Origin: Rhodosorus marinus CCMP1338
Taxonomy: Eukaryota > Plantae > Rhodophyta
Length of the DNA stretch: 64,000 nucleotides
NCBI GenBank assembly: GCA_029953675.1
Contig: JAMWBK010000003.1
Location: forward strand, 2,914,001 to 2,978,000
Reading direction: 5' to 3'
The notes below the pieces were generated by a model. That model had not been told where the DNA came from. It worked only from the letters and a program-made list of their open reading frames with translations, and made no database searches. Below are positions 57,646 through 64,000 of this stretch, piece by piece. Each line of letters starts with the position of its first letter. Within the stretch, counting starts at the first letter, position 1. Both the position numbers and the translations under genes were made by a program.

Positions 57646-60309
57646 CTTCAGTCTCCTGCTTGAAATCAACAACGCTCTCTACCAAACCAGATCTCACCTC
57701 TGTTCCCAAAACAGAAACCTTCCTAAAACACCAGCAAAACTCCTTCTACTCGCTACCAAACACCCTATACCCTCGATATCCAAACCCAAACCCTCTCACC
57801 GCTCACTTCATCTACTTCTTATACCTCCTTAGAATCAAGCAATCTGGTCTTGTTTCCCATATCATGAAAACCTAACATTCCAAACCCCCTCCTCGCCAAA
57901 ACCAAAAACAAAAAAAAACAAAAAACGACAGAAGATAAAAACCCCAAAGCAAATTCGTTCTAAGTTCGTCAAATGCCAACTCCCGCAGTTCCCTCCAAGC
58001 TAATGATCATTATTACAGCAGAGGGGAGTGATACTAGATATGAAGATTTATGCTCAACTATTTACCCCTATCAATATAAACACATTTTCACCGACATAGT
58101 TTGATAAATAATATAAATATTTGATTTATGGGGATCCCATGTTTCTTGGTAGGGGTGGTCTGCAGAAGTACCTATTTGATAATATCGGGGCTCGACCCTA
58201 TGACTATCCGCGAAAGTGATCTACTTTTTTTAAGAAGATTAGAGGCGGGGGAGGTTTGTGGGAGTAAGGGCTTGGGGAGAGATTTTTGCCATCATGATGA
58301 AACCAGAACGATAAATGATTGGATAGTAAAATACCTGAGAACAAAAGACTACAAAAAAAATAATTTTCTTTTTGAAAAGTGAAATCAAATCGAAAGCTTT
58401 TTTCTTCGGAACCGAAAAAAGGGAGCACAATCAGTTTTATCGGAGGGGGGGTATCTTGTATAGTAAATGAGACCAAATCGTGCAACATTATTTAATTTTA
58501 TGAAATTAGGACGTCTTTTTGTAGTATCGTTAGGGAGGTAAATAACTGCACAAGATCATGAGAATCAGAGATAGAAAGGAAGATGGGATACGCCTTCGAT
58601 TTCAGAAGAAAATCAAAATATCATTGTGATTGGAAGAAGACATATAAGATATTCAATTTTTTTAGTATAATATTTGAATCCACTAGAATCTTTCTGTCCT
58701 AGATCAGTCAGTCTATATGGACGCTCTTTGATTGGCTGGTTGATAACGTCCTCGAAAGAAGTTGTTCGAATGGGAGGAAGGGGGAGGGGGGGAGGGAGAG
58801 TGGAACTTGGTAACTGATACTTGAAGCTAACAGCGCAAGTGTGTTTCAATTGCCTCGAGATGACTTTTGTTGCTCTAATAATCTTTGGTTTCGCGGTTTG
58901 GAAAGGGGGTCTGGAGGGGCTCCAGAGACCCAAACTTATCTTAAGTTTCTTGATCCAATGTGGATCAAGCATCAGGACCACTTTCGGAGTGGAGATTCTA
59001 TCGCTGGATTGGTTTTTTTCTTCTGACGCCGCTGCAGTAAACTTCTTGTATGGCGAAAGATCATTTCGGGGATGTAAGGGCTGTGGTGAGGTATTCCAAC
59101 CCCCCACCCCCCTCCCCCCGCCCTCAAAAAAATCCCTCCGCGTGGTTCCAACTTTCCCCGCTTTGCCGTGCTCGGCCCAGCGCGTTTTAGATCTTAAAAG
59201 AGACTGAGAATGGGGTGAGCCTAGAGACCTGACGGGCTACATGCTAGTTTTGGCAGTTTTAACCGTTGACTGAATGGAAGACGTCCACGAATTGTCAAAC
59301 GGAGCGGACGAAATATTTGACTTAAGATTTGGCGCGTCGTGGCTGTTCAACTGGAACGCTTTCTGGGGAGAGTCGGATTACTCACACCTTCCTACAACAC
59401 CGAAAAGGTCCGGACGCTTAGATGTCCTTGGCTGTATGGGTCCCGTCCTGCTCTCGCCGCTGCCTCGCGGCACCACCATGTTGTTGTAGCATCGACGAGA
59501 GCGAGCGGAACTCGGGAGTGCAGGACGACCTTTTCGGAGTTCGAAGGATGCGCTCCCAATTTCAGGCTTACGTACAAAACATGGATCTTTGTCCAACAGC
59601 AAAGTTTGGGTAGACAAACAACAAGGCAAGCATCGGGAGTCGTAAAATGGAGATTCGAAACGTGCTGGTTGTAATTCTGCTTTCCGTACTTTGCTCGTTC
59701 GTGGTTACCTCAGTTTGGAATCGAGAGAGCTGCGAGCCGTGACAGCGAACATCGCAAGTTCAGCGGAAGCCACTATCACCGAGTTTGGAAGTCGGCTTCA
59801 ATCCGCAGACGTTGACCAAGCCTTGATACAACACCCTTTAGCAGACCAAAAAGATCAAGGTTCACTGGGTGAAAAAAAAAGCAAACCATCAGAACGGGTT
59901 CATCAAACCCGCTCTACCACCGGCCCGAACAGCGTGGTTCTGAATCTGACTCACCCCTAAGACGTGTTCTTCCTCGTCCAGCGACGGTGCCCGAATTTCC
60001 TTTCCAGCGGTAGTATTGAGCTCCAATTCCCCACCAATCGGCAAAAGGTTCATAGGCACGTTGCTATTGGTAGCTTGTCATTGTTTTTAAGTACGATATT
60101 GGGATAAATATTCGTCCACGGCGGTAGAGGCGAGGGAAATATTCTCGTGTTGTCGTCAAACAGCCCAAAGTCGTTGATCCTGGATCCGGTGGCGAGGACT
60201 CATTGGCGTTTCCATCCCATGGCATCTGAATATGTAGATCTGTATGGTTTCGCATGTTTGGGTAAGGTAGATGTTTAATGGCGGTTGGCGTCGGTGTGGA
60301 TGTTGCTCA

Positions 60310-60650
60310 CGTGCTAGTAGTGGTCGCTTGGTATTGGCGTTGGTGAGTCTAGCACATCTTTTCAATCCTTGGTCGGCCAGCAACAAGTTTGTTTCAACGA
60401 TATTAATCATCCCTCAAATGAGCTGCGATCGCGACCTTACCACTGGAGTTTACTCTGCGCTTGGAGACACCGCATTTATCGCATCGAAACCGCGGGCTTC
60501 TTCCCGACTGGAAGGGTAGCTCACCTCCTGCTAATGGTTATTTAGTACTGGCGTTGGTGAGTCTAGCACAGCCTTTTGATCCGTTGTCCGCCAGAAACAA
60601 GTTTCTTTCAACGATATTGATCATCCCTCAAATATGAACTGTCCGCGGTA
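60310..60650 (+). repeat. Diverged direct repeat of about 120 bp, offset 214 bp
   Basis: TGGCGTTGGTGAGTCTAGCACA at 60335 and 60549. Both copies continue through AACAAGTTT.TTTCAACGATATT.ATCATCCCTCAAAT. Confidence 0.9.
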
Positions 60651-62281
60651 TCGTTGATAAGTGCCGTCCCTTCCAAGCAACTAATTTGCTCTGAATAAAC
60701 GGATAATGATCGACATTCGAGTGGTCACCGCAATCTCGGGAATACTACTGTATGAGTTCGATGGAGTGTGTCGTCCAATGAACAACGGACCGGCTAACGG
60801 AACGTGAATACCCGAGCAAGATGGTTCCTAACACCTGGCTGTCCCACTTCATTGAGGGTATCGTTCTCTTCACATTCGCAGGTAAACTACGGAACTCGAA
60901 TTCCTACATCCGACGACAAGAGCCTGCACCCAACATTCCCCAAGAAAAAAAAGAAAAAAAAAAGAGTCGTTGCACAAGTGGTACATACCTCCGCGACGGC
61001 GCGTGTCCTCCCTGCGCCCCTCGTGTTGCTCGCGCGGAGGATAATGTCCCCAGGAGAGTGGGACAAACGTTAACCGAGGAAATTTATAAACAAATAAATC
61101 CCAAGATCACCGCTCCGTGAACCCTCTCCCGCCAATCTCGTTTCCTCAAAAATTCTATCCTCCCAATGCATACCAGCGTCCCGATAACCAAAAAAAAACA
61201 GAAACGGGAAATCGATCCCAATCTCGTTTTCAAAAGAAAATCAGACTTCTCGTCTGCATAAAAGCAACTGAACTTCCTTCCTCATGCCCGCAAGAACCTG
61301 TCCGGCTTATCACCCTCTTCCGTCGATTCTTTACCGGTACCTAACGCCTTCCGGAAGAAAACACATTCTTTTCGATAAGCAAAACGCACGAATCCTTTTA
61401 CCCCCCACCCACCCCCCCACCCCCCCCGCCTCCCAAAATAATATACATCATCTATACAATACAAGATGAACTATAATTGAAATACATATCAAATAAAACA
61501 ATATATATACTTAAAATAACAATAAGAAATAGTCGGTCTGCTTGCTTAGAATCTTAAAATATATATCGGCAAGAAGAGAACCAGTGCGAGAAGATATTTT
61601 CAATATTTTACACGGTATCAGTGAACATAGATTAAAATTATTCAATTACAATAGTTATATTAAGTACAAATGTTATTTTAAGTAGTTTATGTACGAAACG
61701 TCGATAAAAAAGGAAAACTACATTCCGTTTGCAGGGGAATCAATAAACTTTTATGATTTTTCATCTCTCGTTCAATACTGAAGGTTAAATTATTTTCGAA
61801 AAACTAGATCCGCATAGCTCAAGTTTTTTGGGAATACTGGAAAGAGATTTTCTCTGTTTTTTTTCTTCTGATGGATTTGGGCAGTGGAAAATACTGGAGG
61901 GGTAAGAAATATTCGCTGGAATTTTATGGTTGTGAAACTATTTTAGAATTATTTATGTTCTTGAGCCATTTTGCAGATTTTCTTCAAGGGGGTTGGCGTT
62001 TTAATAGAAATGTATTGGACCTTTTTTTCTCGAAGGGTTGTTTTTTTTGTAGTGTTTTTTTTGTTGGTACATTTGGGAAAATGGGATGGGGCAGTCTGGT
62101 TTTGATGCTGCTGATGTTGGTGGTGGTGACAAGGGCGTTGGTGTCAAGTGGGACAATTGGGTATATAAGAATGGAAGTGTCTGGATACTAAGCTAGTGTG
62201 AAGAGATATGAGAGGCGTGGGTACGGGATTCAGATCTCTGTGGTGTAAAGTGTATTTGTTTTGTTTTGTTTTGAGTTGGAA

Positions 62282-63142
62282 ATGGAAGGGTTTGTGTCGA
62301 GTTGGACTGGGACCGGAGTGAGGAGTCGAGGGAGCGCTCCCTCGACTTGTGGAAGTGGGCGTGTGCGGTTTGTCTGTTTTCATGGAGCGAATTTTGGTAA
62401 TGGAGATGGGAGGAATGCGCTGATGAAGCTTAAGTATAGAACGACTGAGTGCGTGGGTGAGCGTTCAGTGAAGCATGTGGATGTGGATGCTGTGATTCAG
62501 GAGTCAAACGCAGCTATTAAAAAGCGCGAGTTTGGAAAAGCAGAGGACATTCTGAGTTCGGCCCTACTGGATGATATCCGTCAACCGAAGCTTTTCTTGC
62601 GCCTCGCGCTCTTGGAACAAAAGCGGAGAGACCCAGACCTCAGTCGTAGATTCTTCGAAGTAGCCCTCACTCACAACCCGGAAGACGCAGCTACCCTGCA
62701 AGCTTGGGGACTCTTCGAGAGCAAACAGGGAAATCGGCTTCGTGCTTCGCGCCTGCTGTTCCGCTCTGTTGGCTTGGAACCAAAAAACGTCACTGTGCTG
62801 AGATGGAGACCGCTGAGGTGTGTTGGGGAATTGTACCGTATTGCTGTACAGACATCGAATCCGACTGTTGCACGAAGGAGATACAGAGCATGCCTTCTCC
62901 AGTCCCCAGACTACGTTCCTGCGTATATCTCACTCAGCATGTTGGAAATAAGAACGAACAAGAACGCCGAGGCCGCAAGAGCCGTAATTCTCCAAGGACT
63001 CAGGCTAAGCCCATCCGAAAAGCGCCTTATGACCATATGGGGCCTGGTCGAAGCGATTTTCGGCAGTGAATTTGTAGCTTCTCGATTGTTTCAGGCGAGA
63101 GACCGTCGAACGCGACAAAGAAGGCTTTCCTACCACGCATAA
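62282..63142 (+). CDS. HAT/TPR-repeat protein, probably plastid-targeted RNA-binding (HCF107/Mbb1-like repeats), 286 aa
   Basis: MEGFVSSW transit-like start. Repeats: LALLEQKR..SRRFFE.AL..NP, TLQAWGLFESKQGN...A.RL, YISLSMLE and MTIWGLVE. Confidence 0.8.
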   Translation: MEGFVSSWTGTGVRSRGSAPSTCGSGRVRFVCFHGANFGNGDGRNALMKLKYRTTECVGERSVKHVDVDAVIQESNAAIKKREFGKAEDILSSALLDDIRQPKLFLRLALLEQKRRDPDLSRRFFEVALTHNPEDAATLQAWGLFESKQGNRLRASRLLFRSVGLEPKNVTVLRWRPLRCVGELYRIAVQTSNPTVARRRYRACLLQSPDYVPAYISLSMLEIRTNKNAEAARAVILQGLRLSPSEKRLMTIWGLVEAIFGSEFVASRLFQARDRRTRQRRLSYHA

Positions 63143-63640
63143 GAGCTCATTGCCAACTCGGATCGCGGAGCTTCCTTTTGGACTTGTAAAAATTTCGGGA
63201 CTCCCTCAACTGACAACGGTAACATATATATAACTAGGTACCCAGTTCATTCATCATGATTCCTACGCACGAGTGAGCGGGACAGTGTGCAAAGATATTA
63301 TTTCTCGAGATGATTAAAAGATACTTCGTTTCGCAAGGGGAACATGGCAACCCGAAGTACACGTGAGCGTATGCACGAGCGACGACGGGGCACAAGCTGA
63401 GGCTATCACCGTAACTGTGTCCTCTATTGGGCAGCCGCCTAACGCAGCCAGCATTAGCTCTATCACTATCTAGAGCAACCCCACGCTTGTGAAGTCGGAA
63501 TCCTTATCGAACGGGAACAAGTCCGGCCGTCCGAGGCAAGGGAGAACACTTTTCTTAGCAACTCTGTCCTCAGTCTAGAAAGGAATCCGGCCCATACGCC
63601 TTTGGTCGCCGTTCTCGTCCGGAATATGCGGCGATGAAGA

Positions 63641-63692
63641 AGCGATGTTTTACAGCGTGTTGAGCGATGTTTTACAATGCGTTGAGGGATGT
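63641..63692 (+). repeat. Short degenerate tandem repeat of about 22 bp (2.3 copies)
   Basis: AGCGATGTTTTACA at 63641 and 63663, followed by a partial AGGGATGT. Confidence 0.75.
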
Positions 63693-64000
63693 CGACGCTG
63701 CTCGAAGCGTTCAGCTAGATGGGGAAGGTATCTTGTTGCCGGGGACTAGGGTGTATCGTTCATCCAATAAAGATCTGACCACAAGAGGGAACGTCGGTCG
63801 CCATGCCCGTATTGGTGATGGAAACCCTTGAAAGCTAATGCCTAGGAGTATTCAGGGGAGAGCTTACAACATATGAAGTTGGAGATTCAATATCAATCAT
63901 CCTACGTCGAAAGCCGTGTCCTAGGAACTCAGTTTGCGCGATTTGATAGGGAGCATTCTTGCTACTTTCAACAAACGTCAGTGCTACACATATTTGTGAA

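Noticed and set aside
1-64000. tRNA, rRNA, transposase, reverse transcriptase or telomeric repeats
   Set aside because: I saw no cloverleaf with a T-loop in context, no rRNA signature, no RT/DDE motif and no telomere array by eye. A tRNAscan-SE, Infernal or RepeatMasker run would be needed to exclude them formally.

Overview
Gene-dense eukaryotic nuclear DNA with short GT-AG introns (about 85-230 nt). It is most likely a red alga. That call is an inference from M-x(0-2)-FV-type plastid transit peptides with no signal peptide, bacterial-type DusA/TrmH, and a plastid protein with a cyanobacterial-like domain. About 20 protein genes can be reconstructed: MDR dehydrogenase, mitochondrial S16, bZIP, CRAL-TRIO, TrmH, BCKDH E1-alpha, HECT E3, DusA, DUF455, DNAJC17, RNase Z-like, CCDC174, Arc1p, ABC1 kinase, a HAT/TPR protein and several orphans. 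No rRNA, tRNA, CRISPR array or transposon ORF was found. Top lead: an intronless fusion of an AruH-like PLP aminotransferase with a GhrA-like D-2-hydroxyacid dehydrogenase (54939-57164). Its chemistry matches amino acid to 2-oxo acid to D-2-hydroxy acid, which is the first two steps of the algal DMSP route if the substrate is Met. Other leads: a zipper-only paralog beside the bZIP, an RNase Z lacking its metal ligands, a phage-like C4 zinc finger, a DRM1/ARP-like motif protein, and a repeated promoter layout (AT/CCAAT core flanked by outward-facing G-tracts). All family calls come from motif recognition by eye; no database searches were run.
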